This document shows, in pieces, positions 22,701-31,631 of a stretch of DNA of 64,000 bases. Both the position numbers and the translations under genes were made by a program. The notes below the pieces were generated by a model. The model searched no databases. It saw only the letters and a program-made list of their open reading frames with translations, and was not told where the DNA came from. How positions within the stretch are numbered: the stretch's first letter is position 1; each line of letters begins with the position of its first letter. The stretch lies in NCBI GenBank assembly GCA_019639255.1, contig JAHBSF010000008.1:21148-85147 (forward strand), written 5' to 3'. Source of the stretch: Acidobacteriota bacterium. GTDB lineage: Bacteria; Acidobacteriota; Blastocatellia; RBC074.

Positions 22701-22779
22701 AGAGCGCCATACTGCGGTGGTACTGAGCGACGGACGCGTTGCGGCCGTAGGCGGGCGCCGTGAGAAGAAAGAGAGATAA
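16759..22779 (+). CDS. Giant secreted IPT/TIG-repeat / Kelch-propeller surface protein, tandem paralog of 11354-16486
   Basis: Same architecture with about 14 IPT/TIG-like repeats and a C-terminal Kelch propeller. The N-terminal ~120 aa are nearly identical to the upstream paralog at DNA level. Start could be the upstream ATG 16717 or 16759; 16759 begins a hydrophobic signal-like segment. Confidence 0.8.
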   Translation: MRRQTWKKYFYAGIILPLISAIASTTPGISARAVQSSQVVTVSAADFQARIAPDSIVATFGAGLSTTTLAAESLPLPTELGGTTVTVRDSQGRDFAAPLLFVSPAQINHIIPADAVPGAAQITVRSGNGSVVSGAIQIASVAPAIFTANQDGRGAPAATALRLAADGEQTSEPVETFADGRFIPRPINLGPDDERVFLILFLSGLRRTPNTDGNNDNGSAENVSVLIGGVLQAPLFAGAQGSFAGLDQVNVEIPRQLLDATLPGSKQINISVQVSGFSGSNEVEIALAPPTAPPLEVTGFNAPAQLLANSGIQILGSGLDPEAANNRVSFGEGTGDVRPGEVRTASSSDLSVIVPFGAVSGRIALNSDGRRWTSDQELQVRTSFSAQIKDTEGQPLSSVLGARVCAPDCTGNNPSTNIQTGGWFVLPDPLPGARRVFSIEPPQTAGALPFNRITVASQVIAGRDNHLPQEIYIQTIYGPSGTIGSSFAGNSPPGNTAAAGASTSTVKQTAQGNAFSLAIEGFRFTLPAGATAMFPNGATNGQVTLTPVKNSLTPVPMPPNVFSSAVVQISPFGVKLAPGGKLFFPNRDGFGTQVIPTLYKYDLESAAFIDTGIRVTIGDQGVLETPDGAITETSIYFLAVRRESTTIVGRVFDGDGRTPVRGAVVSTRGQQAVTDGNGGYILSSVPVGDSADIGPFGGANAGANAGARPAAPAQDQVIVTSSYLRPSGKTDIRSVTVDNIDIGGVTQAPAIVLPPAASNRPPVIYAPGHLTLYSDEMLEATVTVDDPDPNQTIASATVTGASFASLAAAGSGSYTLRLAPTPADTGTHTLTITAADSAGASASFQATIIVFPPPAANALAVSTNEDTPLAIVLPGSGGNGSPLVFTIVEAPMHGVLAGAPPNLVYTPNQDYIGADGFRFQTSDGTRTSAPATVTITINDVNDPPQLTVTCSVQGNITTGTPITCQVSASDPDVGQFLLISADNLPAGATFDPDTGLFAWTPGPDQAGSHSVTFKVIDSGTPPLTDLKTVGFFVFNAQPVITSLQPAMATILQEPMILTVTGQGFVLGSEVRWNGSPRDTSFLGTTQLHALIQPDDLTTIGTVVVTVFNPGPGGGLSAAVNYSIVNPVPTIAGFLSVTPPFNFMFFESGMLLVGTGFVPGSVARWDGVDRPTSYVSPTQLGISIPMVPVAEALNTHSITVFNPGPGGGESNALTGFSVSNNPGTIFFTDPESVDAGSGEFQLTIFGGGFVPGATANWNGSPRPTGPVSLAFGGAGTQLTVTISAEDVAEGGFGMLTVTNPPPFDNTSAPFAFPINLPQPVLTTAEPPSVPEFQYLFTEEEISLGGAGFTPQSVVRWDGDDRPTTYISSAQLTFTAPIIPVSEALSFHDIRVFNPLPGGGLSDPLFFLPLSNTPPSISMVTPGSATAGGPGFELTVTGSYFAPGAVLNWNGSPRPTTVSSSTELTATISAADIMTAGMASLTVLNPVPLATISTIFPFTIHPQPTISALGPDSVTLTIPSQELEIWVFGANFLPQTVIHFDGSPVPTTYLDDMTMSFVRPPITDSQAGFYNVTAVNPAPVTPSSPVVFTVFNPGTLIDNLDPMFADLGGPAFTLAVSGNGFVQESVVRWNGSDRPTTYFSKNFLEAEIPAEDLSSPGFVGITVFNPAPGGGESMPVDFFIGAPFTFTGSEPAAAGLPGGEVLLAGGRDENSHTPIARVEIFSPATGILQAASPMFAPRAGHTATALATGEVLVIGGLGASDERQTAAQSAEIYDPSTGAWRRASAPNFAHISHTATLMADGRVLVAGGMDETLALSRRAEIYDPASDVWTEAVALTTQRASAKALLLDDGRVLVAGGAGEGGDLAGVEIYDAQADAWTQASDMNLARSGHTLTLIPGGGVLAVGGKQQDAAAVAEIYDPAANAWEASGRLTVARSAHSATPLANGRVLVAGGRGVDGRLLDECEVYDPQKAAWSEAPRLKEPRERHTAVVLSDGRVAAVGGRREKKER

Positions 22780-22883
22780 CGGAACAAACGAAATAAGACG
22801 AAAACTACGGAAAAGTTGAATATCGTTGAATATTTCCGTGCTTTTCGTCTCATTTCGTTTGTTCGGTGGCTTCTTTTCTTCTC
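22765..22883. repeat. Family-1 element (copy 6) with duplicated loop (gttgaatatcgttgaatat) and degenerate right arm
   Basis: gaagaaagagagataacggaacaaacgaaataagacgaaaactacggaaaag...ttccgtgcttttcgtctcatttcgtttgttcggtggcttcttttcttctc. Confidence 0.85.
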
Positions 22884-22960
22884 TCAATACACTTCGTTTA
22901 TGCAGTACTGAGGGGCTCTCAGGGATATGATGTGGTGGCATCAGAATGGAGGATGCGGCC

Positions 22961-24100
22961 ATGATTAAGGAAATTTCGCTGGAGAATTTCAGAAACCACT
23001 CAAAGACGACGATCAGGCCCGGTCGTGTGACGGCGCTTGTCGGGACGAATGGGAGTGGCAAGACTTCTCTGCTCAAAGGCCTTAATCATCTTACGAAATC
23101 CCTCCAGAGAATCGACCAGGGATTCTCCTGGGACTCTTATTTCCAAGGAGACTGCGACCCCGCAGTGATCGTGCGGCGTGGACAGACTCACGTCTCCTTC
23201 GGTGCTGAAGGGGGAGATAAAACTGCCGATTGGTCGATCCAGATCGGCCTCAACTTGTCACCAAACCCATCTGTCCCCTCAAAAAGCCTGCCTCTGGATT
23301 GCAAGGCAAGGTATGGAGGTCAGCGTTATGACATGCACCAAGCCAGTCTGAAAGATAAAAACCCGCTTGAGCTAGCAAGAAAAGCGCTGGGAGAATCTTT
23401 TTACTTCAAAGGAATTGGGCAAAACATTGCCCGGCCCACCTACTCACCACATACTACGCCCCTACTTGAGGCAGATGGCAGTTATCTGGCTTCAGTGATT
23501 GCCTACCTGATGACTAATGAACGAGGTAAGGTTGAAGAAATCGAAAAGTCGTTGCGCGCTATTGTTCCGATTGTCAGGCAAATTCGCGTCAAGCCAACAA
23601 AGCTGACTTGGCAGGAAAAGAAAGTCGTCTCAATCAACGGCACTCAGGTGCCCTATGAAGAGCAGAGGGAAGTCATCGGCCATCAGTTGCTGATCGATAC
23701 TAACAGCGCCGATGAGGTGCCAGCCGACGCCTTGAGTGAGGGAACACTTCTTGTTCTGGCGGTACTGACTGTGCTTTGGGGGCCGGCTTGTCCGAAATTG
23801 ATTTTATTGGACGATGTCGAGCAGGGTCTCCATCCTATTGCCCAGCGCGAAACAATGCAGATACTTAGACAATTCGCTGAGCAGCAGCAGAGGCAAATCA
23901 TCGTCACGAGCCATTCACCATATATCATTGACGAACTTGACCCACAGGATGTGTGGGTAATGGCGACCGATGCGAAAGGAGTAAGTATCACCAAATGTCT
24001 GAAAGATCACCCTGACTCCGAGCGCCTCAAACAGGTGCTTACAACCGGCGAACTGATTGGCGCCGTCGGTGAAGATTGGGTAATACATCAAGCCCAATGA
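22961..24100 (+). CDS. ABC-type (AAA_21/OLD-like) ATPase, candidate defence-system ATPase subunit
   Basis: N-terminus MIKEISLENFRNHSKTTI. Walker A GTNGSGKTSLL, ABC signature-like LSEGTLLVL, Walker B LILLDDVEQGLHP, H-loop IIVTSHSPYI. About 50% GC versus >60% in the flanks. An alternative ATG lies at 22946. Confidence 0.75.
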   Translation: MIKEISLENFRNHSKTTIRPGRVTALVGTNGSGKTSLLKGLNHLTKSLQRIDQGFSWDSYFQGDCDPAVIVRRGQTHVSFGAEGGDKTADWSIQIGLNLSPNPSVPSKSLPLDCKARYGGQRYDMHQASLKDKNPLELARKALGESFYFKGIGQNIARPTYSPHTTPLLEADGSYLASVIAYLMTNERGKVEEIEKSLRAIVPIVRQIRVKPTKLTWQEKKVVSINGTQVPYEEQREVIGHQLLIDTNSADEVPADALSEGTLLVLAVLTVLWGPACPKLILLDDVEQGLHPIAQRETMQILRQFAEQQQRQIIVTSHSPYIIDELDPQDVWVMATDAKGVSITKCLKDHPDSERLKQVLTTGELIGAVGEDWVIHQAQ

Positions 24101-24853
24101 TTGGAGATCAGGATGATCGAGATTGCAGTGGTGGCGGAGGCCGAGGCTGACCTACGCATCGCCTCGAAACTTGCTGATCGGATGCTATTTCTTGAAGACC
24201 CATGCTCCTGGCTCCACGGCCAGCACCCTGAGGATTTCCGGTCGTGGTGCGGCCTTAAACCGGGTACAACCTTTACCAGGTGGCCTGAAATCCGCTCACT
24301 GAGCAAATCATTTCCGCGATTGATGTACCTGCGCCGAAATCAGCCCGAACCACGACTACCGGACTATGCACCAGCTCGAAAAGCAATTCTCCTTTCCACG
24401 TTATTGCGCCCAAAATCACCACCAAGCGCTTTGCTGCTCATACGGGATCTCGATAACCAGGAGGAGCGGCGAGCAGGGCTTAAGCAGGCAATAAGTGAAA
24501 TACCTACGCTCGTCGTCTTAATAGCAACACCAAATCCACAACGTGAAGCATGGGTCTTAAACGGATTCCTTTGCGGCAACGAATCTGAATCCGGCGAACT
24601 CCGGCAAATCACTCGCGACTTAGGATTTGATCCTTGCATTCAAGCAGAAAGACTACGACACTCTTCCAGGACCGACTCTCCTGAACGCGACCCCAAACGA
24701 ATCGTTGAACGATTGACTGAAGGGAAATTTGAGCGCGAAGAACTCTGTTGGACGCAGACATCTATTACGATGTTGCGTGACAGAGGAGAGAAAACTCACC
24801 TCGCGGATTATCTCGACGAAGTAAGGCGGCTACTGCCCCTTCTCGGGCAATAA
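24101..24853 (+). CDS. Small Toprim-like protein (DUF4276-like by recollection) translationally coupled to the ATPase, candidate nuclease/effector subunit
   Basis: Starts at TTG 24101 (or ATG 24113), directly abutting the ATPase stop codon at 24098-24100. Acidic beta1 motif IEIAVVAEAEAD and a later DxD-like LIRDLDNQEE, consistent with a Toprim fold. Assignment is by motif only. Confidence 0.5.
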   Translation: MEIRMIEIAVVAEAEADLRIASKLADRMLFLEDPCSWLHGQHPEDFRSWCGLKPGTTFTRWPEIRSLSKSFPRLMYLRRNQPEPRLPDYAPARKAILLSTLLRPKSPPSALLLIRDLDNQEERRAGLKQAISEIPTLVVLIATPNPQREAWVLNGFLCGNESESGELRQITRDLGFDPCIQAERLRHSSRTDSPERDPKRIVERLTEGKFEREELCWTQTSITMLRDRGEKTHLADYLDEVRRLLPLLGQ

Positions 24854-24896
24854 CCGAGGGCGGCAAATCCGCATCGACGCCTTCAAGCAGGACCGG

Positions 24897-25131
24897 GAAT
24901 CTCTCAGAGCGTGTTTTGAAAGCCCCGAAGGGGCGAAAGATCTGTAGCCTGGTGCGCAAGCGCCAGGTCAAATCGAGAAACGCGTCCGAGCCCTGAAAGG
25001 GCGAAAGACCTATACAACGGGGATCTTCCGCCCTTTCAGGGCTGAAATTGATGTTGGCCCGATACCCAGGGCTTACGCCGCTGGGCTACAGGTCTCTCGC
25101 CCCTTCAGGGCTTTCAAAACACGCTCTCAGA
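24897..25131. repeat. Family-2-related large nested palindrome (variant copy C)
   Basis: ctctcagagcgtgttttgaaagccccgaaggggcgaaagatctgtagcc...ggctacaggtctctcgccccttcagggctttcaaaacacgctctcagag. Shares the core ggcgaaagatctgtagcc with copies at 35.4 kb and 53.6 kb. Confidence 0.8.
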
Positions 25132-25207
25132 GTTGGGTTTGAGGTTGACGGCGCCCAGCGTAGGAATTCCGCTCTTCAGCCCCGATTTCGGCGCTTTGAG
25201 AGGGATG

Positions 25208-26872
25208 TCAACGCCGGTAGACAACGCGCCCGTCGAAGATCGTCATCACGACCCTCGCCTTGTCGATCCTCACCGGATTGATGGTCAGGATATCATCCGA
25301 GAGCACGGCGAAATCCGCCAGCTTCCCTGCCTCGATCGTCCCCTTGATTTTCTCGTCGAAGCTTGCATAAGCAGAGCCCCAGGTATAAGCGCGAACCGCT
25401 TCGGCCACCGAGATCTTCTGCTCCGGCACCCACCCTTGCGGGCGCTTGCCGTCGATCGTTCGCCGCGTAACGGCGCCGTAAATCCCCAGCATCGGCTCCA
25501 TCGGCGCGACGAACCAGTCCGAACCGAACGCAAGCACGGCTCCGGCATCGAGCAATGACCGGAACGCATACGTGCCCTTAGCGCGTTCGGCCCCGATGCG
25601 GTTTTCGGCCCAGCGGCCGTCATCGATTGCATGGTACGGCTGCATCGAGGCAATCACTCTTTCTTCTGCAAACCGTTTAATCTCCTCCTGCCGCAGGTGC
25701 TGCGCGTGTTCGATGCGAAAGCGCCGGTCGCGCGCGCCGTTGCGTTTAACGACTTCGGCGAATAGATCGAGTATCTGCTGATTGGCCCGGTCGCCGATGG
25801 CGTGAATTGCGATCTGAAGCCCCGCCTTGTCCGCGCCGAGGACGTTTGACAACATCCGGCTTTCATCCACCATTTCATCCGACGGCAATCCCCGTGTTTT
25901 CGGATCATCGAGATAGGGGGCAAAAAACAGCGCCGTCGTAGACCCGAGCGAGCCGTCTGCAAAACCTTTTAACGCGCCGATCTTCAGCTTGTCGTTGCCG
26001 AATCCGGCGCGCACGCCTACGCGCGCAAGCCCCTCCCACCGGCTCAAAGGCTGATGGCCCGATACGCGCACCGTCAGTTCGTTGCGCGCAAGCAGTTGCT
26101 GGTAAACGGCGAGAATCTCCGGCGAAGCCGACATATCCTGCACGCTCGTGACGCCGTTTTCGGCGGCGTATCTCATCGCCGCACGCAGCGCCTCGGCGAT
26201 TTCTTCTTCTGAAGGCGGCGGGATGGCGCGGTAAACGGCGTTCATCGCCGCGTCCTTGAGCACGCCCGTAGGCTCGCCGCGCTCGTCGCGAACGATTGCG
26301 CCTCCGGGTGGATCGGGCGTCTCGCGCGTGATGCCCGCAAGTTTCAATGCAAGCGAATTGGCCAGACACATATGCCCGTCGAGCCGGTTTATAAACACCG
26401 GATTGTCGGGCGTAACGGCGTCGATCAATTGCCGCGTGGGCAAACGCGCCGGCGTCCAGTTTTCGTGATCCCAGTTCCCCTCCGTAATCCAGCGTCCCTT
26501 CGGAATGCGCGCAGCGAAGGCTTTTATGCGGTCGCGAAATTCCTCGGGCGTGCGCGCATCCCGCAACTGCACGCCGGCAAGCCCGCGCCCGCCGTCGTGG
26601 AAGTGAACGTGCGAATCGTTGAAGCCGGGTACGACCCTGCGCCCTTCAAGGTCGATTATTTGTGTAGAGGCTCCGGCGTATTTGCGGATCTCGGCCGATG
26701 CGCCCACGGCGAGTATCCGCCCGTCGCGGCAGCCTGCGGCCTCGGCTTCGGGTTGCGCCGGATTGACGGTCCAGATTTTTCCGTTGACGAGTATCAGATC
26801 GGCGGGCGCCTGCGCGGAGGTGAATAAGCCTGCGACGAGCAGTGCAACGAGAGTCGAAATGTATATCTTCAT
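25208..26872 (-). CDS. Secreted amidohydrolase-family (Amidohydro_3-like) metal-dependent hydrolase
   Basis: Signal peptide [22 protein letters not shown]. Motif [11 protein letters not shown] (HxH metal ligands). 554 aa, typical of the family. Confidence 0.8.
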   Translation of the reverse strand: MKIYISTLVALLVAGLFTSAQAPADLILVNGKIWTVNPAQPEAEAAGCRDGRILAVGASAEIRKYAGASTQIIDLEGRRVVPGFNDSHVHFHDGGRGLAGVQLRDARTPEEFRDRIKAFAARIPKGRWITEGNWDHENWTPARLPTRQLIDAVTPDNPVFINRLDGHMCLANSLALKLAGITRETPDPPGGAIVRDERGEPTGVLKDAAMNAVYRAIPPPSEEEIAEALRAAMRYAAENGVTSVQDMSASPEILAVYQQLLARNELTVRVSGHQPLSRWEGLARVGVRAGFGNDKLKIGALKGFADGSLGSTTALFFAPYLDDPKTRGLPSDEMVDESRMLSNVLGADKAGLQIAIHAIGDRANQQILDLFAEVVKRNGARDRRFRIEHAQHLRQEEIKRFAEERVIASMQPYHAIDDGRWAENRIGAERAKGTYAFRSLLDAGAVLAFGSDWFVAPMEPMLGIYGAVTRRTIDGKRPQGWVPEQKISVAEAVRAYTWGSAYASFDEKIKGTIEAGKLADFAVLSDDILTINPVRIDKARVVMTIFDGRVVYRR

Positions 26873-26902
26873 AAGCCCAGTGGTGTACCGATGATGGAAC
26901 GA

Positions 26903-27001
26903 AAGAGAGATAACGGAACAGACGAAATAAGACGGAAACCACGGAAATAGATGAAAACTACGGAACCCGTCAAACTTTCCGTTTATTCAGTTATCTCTCT
27001 T
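26903..27001. repeat. Family-1 element (copy 7, divergent interior)
   Basis: gaaagagagataacggaacagacgaaataagacggaaaccacggaaatag...ttccgtttattcagttatctctct. Confidence 0.8.
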
Positions 27002-28029
27002 CAGCAGTGGCCGCAGCCGGGCGGCTTTTCGTACTTGATCTGCGTCAGAGCGGAAAGCAGCGGATCTTCGAGCTGGATCGTGGAATGTGTAAGCGAGAAG
27101 CGCTCGGCAAGCATGCGCCGCAGTTCCCTCAGTATCCTGTAGCTCTCGCCGAGATCGTCGATGACGACGTGCGCAGTCAGCGAGTGGCGGTCCGAGGTAA
27201 TCGTCCATACGTGCAGGTCGTGCACGTCGCGCACGCCTCTGATCCCGCGCATGGCGGCTTCTACCGCCGCAGCGTTGATGTGCGCCGGAGCGCCTTCAAG
27301 AAGCACGTTGACCGCGGCGGATACCAGCCGCCAGGCGCTGTAAATAATCAGAATGCTGATGAGTATGCTGAATGCGGGATCAGCCCAAAGCCAGCCCTTC
27401 CATATCACGCACAAACCGGCCAGAATCGCCGCCGCCGATCCGAGCAGATCCCCGATTACGTGCAGCAACGCCCCGCGTATGTTCAGGCTCTCGCCGTGAT
27501 GACGGTGCAGCAGCCACGCCGAAACCACGTTGACTGCAAGCCCGCCCGACGATATCCATACAAGCGTCCAGGCGTCGATCTGCTGCGGCGAGCGCAACCG
27601 CCCCCACGCCTCGTAACAGATCAGAAACGCAAGCCCCAGCAGCGTCACGCCGTTTGCCAGAGCTGCGAGGATTTCCAGGCGGTAAAAACCGAAGGTCTTG
27701 CTCGGCGTGGCGGGCCGCGAGGCGAAACGCACCGCCACAAGCGCAAGCGCAAGCGCCGCTACATCGGTAAGCATATGCCCGGCGTCCGACATCAGCGCCA
27801 GACTGTTTGAAAGATATCCGCCGACGGCCTCGGCGATCATGTAGCAGAACGTAAGCACCAGCACCGCAAGCAGCACCCGCTGCGATGCCCCGCGCGCGTG
27901 ATCGTGATGGGAATGATTATGGCCCGGATGCTCGCGCCTCGCATCATCGAGCAGGCGCGGACGCTCCGCCGAGGACTCGGAGATGATCTCATCCGGTGAA
28001 CCGCCCTGGGGATTTGCCTGAGCCGCCAT
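27001..28029 (-). CDS. Cation diffusion facilitator (CzcD/ZitB-type) divalent metal efflux transporter
   Basis: His-rich N-terminus [15 protein letters not shown] motifs [17 protein letters not shown] and [11 protein letters not shown]-terminal cytoplasmic domain. Confidence 0.9.
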   Translation of the reverse strand: MAAQANPQGGSPDEIISESSAERPRLLDDARREHPGHNHSHHDHARGASQRVLLAVLVLTFCYMIAEAVGGYLSNSLALMSDAGHMLTDVAALALALVAVRFASRPATPSKTFGFYRLEILAALANGVTLLGLAFLICYEAWGRLRSPQQIDAWTLVWISSGGLAVNVVSAWLLHRHHGESLNIRGALLHVIGDLLGSAAAILAGLCVIWKGWLWADPAFSILISILIIYSAWRLVSAAVNVLLEGAPAHINAAAVEAAMRGIRGVRDVHDLHVWTITSDRHSLTAHVVIDDLGESYRILRELRRMLAERFSLTHSTIQLEDPLLSALTQIKYEKPPGCGHC

Positions 28030-28107
28030 CGCCCCCCGATCTTATCCCAAAGAAATCAGCGGCTCAAACGCCGCTCCCGTCAAAGCATATTCCAGATGAT
28101 CGTTAGA

Positions 28108-28686
28108 TCAATCGACTCTTTCGTAGTACGCGTTCCCCGCACAACCGCGACACAACGTCTTTTCGCCCTCTACAACCTCGCGCCGGTCGTTGACACCCTC
28201 GCCGCAAGCGTCGCAGCGCACGCGCGTCAGCGGATGGCCCGGAAGGTCGGCATCGTCGAGTAATACGCGCACGCGCTCGAATCTGAACAGTTCTTCGTCC
28301 GGCAACTCGGTGTAAGCCGCCATCTGCTGTTCCTTTTTCGTCGGCAGATGACCGTAACGGGTGCGCGCCAGTTCGCGCGACTCATCTACGGCGACGACGC
28401 GCACGGCCGCGCCGGTTTCGGTATTGAGAAAAGTCGCAGCCAGTTTGCCGAAATCGCGGAATTTCAGGGTCCGCTTGCCGAGCCTGCACCCCGTTACCGT
28501 GTTGACGGCGTCGGCGGCGCAGCGGTCTATCTCGACAAACACGATCAACCTGCGGCTCGATTTCGGCTCGTCGATTCCAATGCTCCGGCACCCGGCCATA
28601 GCCATACGCACGCCGAGTACCTGCCCCGGACACATGTGCCCGTGGTTGCGTTCGGCCTCGATCAGATATTCCGAAAGCGTCCGCAT
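28108..28686 (-). CDS. FmdE-family zinc-binding protein
   Basis: HGHMCPG motif and C-terminal CDACGE...CRGC zinc ribbon. Adjacent to the CDF transporter, a common pairing. Start taken at MRTLSEYL; the ORF extends to 28740. Confidence 0.7.
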   Translation of the reverse strand: MRTLSEYLIEAERNHGHMCPGQVLGVRMAMAGCRSIGIDEPKSSRRLIVFVEIDRCAADAVNTVTGCRLGKRTLKFRDFGKLAATFLNTETGAAVRVVAVDESRELARTRYGHLPTKKEQQMAAYTELPDEELFRFERVRVLLDDADLPGHPLTRVRCDACGEGVNDRREVVEGEKTLCRGCAGNAYYERVD

Positions 28687-28744
28687 ATCAGGGAGGAAGA
28701 AGAAGTGCTGAGTGGGACATACAAGAGGATAACGCAGCATTCGA

Positions 28745-28820
28745 AATATAACGAAAATTACCGAAAAGTTGAATATTTCCGTATGTTCCGTCTTATTTCG
28801 TTTGTTCCGTTATCTCTCTT
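28745..28820. repeat. Family-1 element (copy 8, left arm truncated)
   Basis: aacgaaaattaccgaaaagttgaatatttccgtatgttccgtcttatttcgtttgttccgttatctctct. Confidence 0.8.
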
Positions 28821-28858
28821 GCTGTCTCACGCTTTGCACCAATCTGCTGTGGATCTGT

Positions 28859-30034
28859 TTAATACAACAGATACCTCCGCCGCAAATCATCAAAAGCGCG
28901 CTCATCTTCGCGCCACCCTGCGGCGATGTCTTCAACCGAGGCGCCCGATTCGATCTGCGATCTCAGTTCACCGGTTCCCGCTATTACATCGAACGGGCAG
29001 CGGTCGTATACGTATTCATAGGGCGGATCCTGCCAGGCGAAATCCTCCGGGTACATATCGCGTATCGCCTTTATCAGCGCAATCCCCGTAATTACGGGCC
29101 GAAAAATCCTGCGCTCAAGGACGTGAATCTGCACGCCGCCGCACAACACCCCCGCGTGTTTCTGAAACGTGGGCTGAAAGCTGTGCGCGCGAAACCATAC
29201 TCCGGGCAAGCCAAGCCCGTTGAGATGTTCGGCCAGATCCGCGGCGTCTACATAGGGGGCGCCGTTGATTTCAAACGGCCGCGTAGTTCCCCGCCCCTCG
29301 CTTACCCTGGTTCCCTCGACGAACACGGCGCCCGGGTATACGGTCGCAGTTTCGAGCGTAGGCATATTCGGCGAGGGCAGCACCCACGGCGCATCGGTAT
29401 CGTCAAACCACATCGAGCGGTCGTAACCTTCCATGGAGACTACGGTCAAGTCGCACCCTATGCCGTATTCTTCGTTAAAGAGCCGCGCCAGTTCCCCCAC
29501 GGTCATCCCGTGGCGCATAGGGATCGGATACATACCGACGAAAGATTCCCAACCCGGTTCGAGCAGGCCGCCCTCGACCTCAGTGCCACCTATGGGATTG
29601 GGCCGGTCCAGAACCAGAAAACGCTTCCCTTCGGCGCGCGCCGCCTGCATTGCAAGCGCCATGGTGTAGATAAAAGTATAAACCCGCGTGCCCGTGTCCT
29701 GCACGTCGAAGACCAGGCAGTCTATATCTTCTAGCATCTCCGGAGTCGGCCGGCGCACTTCACCATAAAGCGAGTAGGCCATGACTGCGGTGCGGCGGTC
29801 GCAAAAGCCCTCCCACTCGATCATATTGTCCTGCGTCTCGCCGCGAATGCCGTGCTGCGGACCGAAAAGAGCGGTCAGATTGATCCCCGGACTGTTGTGG
29901 AACAGGTCTGCGGCGTGCCGGAAGCCGTGATCCACCGTAGCCGGATTGCATATCAACCCGACGCGCTCGCCGCCTGCAAAAGGCAACGGGTCATCGAGCA
30001 GTCTTTCGAGTCCGAGTCTTAGTTTTTTCTTCAT
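28859..30034 (-). CDS. DUF1343-family protein (NamZ/YbbC-like exo-beta-N-acetylmuramidase)
   Basis: 391 aa. N-terminal [14 protein letters not shown] followed by HGIRGE. Recognised as DUF1343 by these motifs and by length. Confidence 0.8.
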   Translation of the reverse strand: MKKKLRLGLERLLDDPLPFAGGERVGLICNPATVDHGFRHAADLFHNSPGINLTALFGPQHGIRGETQDNMIEWEGFCDRRTAVMAYSLYGEVRRPTPEMLEDIDCLVFDVQDTGTRVYTFIYTMALAMQAARAEGKRFLVLDRPNPIGGTEVEGGLLEPGWESFVGMYPIPMRHGMTVGELARLFNEEYGIGCDLTVVSMEGYDRSMWFDDTDAPWVLPSPNMPTLETATVYPGAVFVEGTRVSEGRGTTRPFEINGAPYVDAADLAEHLNGLGLPGVWFRAHSFQPTFQKHAGVLCGGVQIHVLERRIFRPVITGIALIKAIRDMYPEDFAWQDPPYEYVYDRCPFDVIAGTGELRSQIESGASVEDIAAGWREDERAFDDLRRRYLLY

Positions 30035-30257
30035 AAACCGGTAGGAGTATGCCGGGGGGGTGAGCGGAGTGTCAACGACGGCCTGGGGGATGTCGGGAGA
30101 TGAGGTATTGGATGGCGATGGGGAGGCAAAAAATTTTATTCAGTGAAGGAACTTTTCTGGGCCTGAAGCGTGTAGAATGTCCGAGCGGGGTTCCGGGCTT
30201 CCGGGTATAGTGAGGGTATTCGGGAGCGGGCACGCGCAGCGAGTGCTGGAATGCAGG

Positions 30258-30310
30258 TGAGGCTCGCAGTCAAGGGCTCGATGGTGAGTGAGGCGCCGTC
30301 GAGCCCGGTT
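30258..30310 (+). terminator. Rho-independent terminator-like hairpin on the + strand
   Basis: gggctcgatgg-tgagtgaggcg-ccgtcgagccc followed by ggtttcttttt. Lies at the 3' end of a 270-bp ORF-free G-rich spacer. Confidence 0.4.
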
Positions 30311-30319
30311 TCTTTTTGA

Positions 30320-31414
<1,095 letters not shown>

Positions 31415-31631
31415 AGCCGTTTTGTGTATCTTCCAAAGTTGACCGACGGGGTCTGAAGCAAAAATGCGGGCAGATTATATGGATCGCGCGCGGAGAAGTA
31501 AATCCGCGCCAATGGCATTTCCACAATGGATTTGTTAATCTCGCCTTTCGTCAAATGCCCGGCGATTATTCATTTAGTGCAGTTCGCAGCATTGCAAAGC
31601 GGTGCGGCGCAGCAGCGTGAAGCATTTGGAG

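Noticed and set aside
22946-22960. Alternative upstream start MEDAAMIKEI for the ATPase
   Set aside because: Members of this ATPase family typically begin M-I/L-K-x-I/L-x-I-x-N-F, so the internal ATG at 22961 is preferred. The upstream ATG cannot be excluded.
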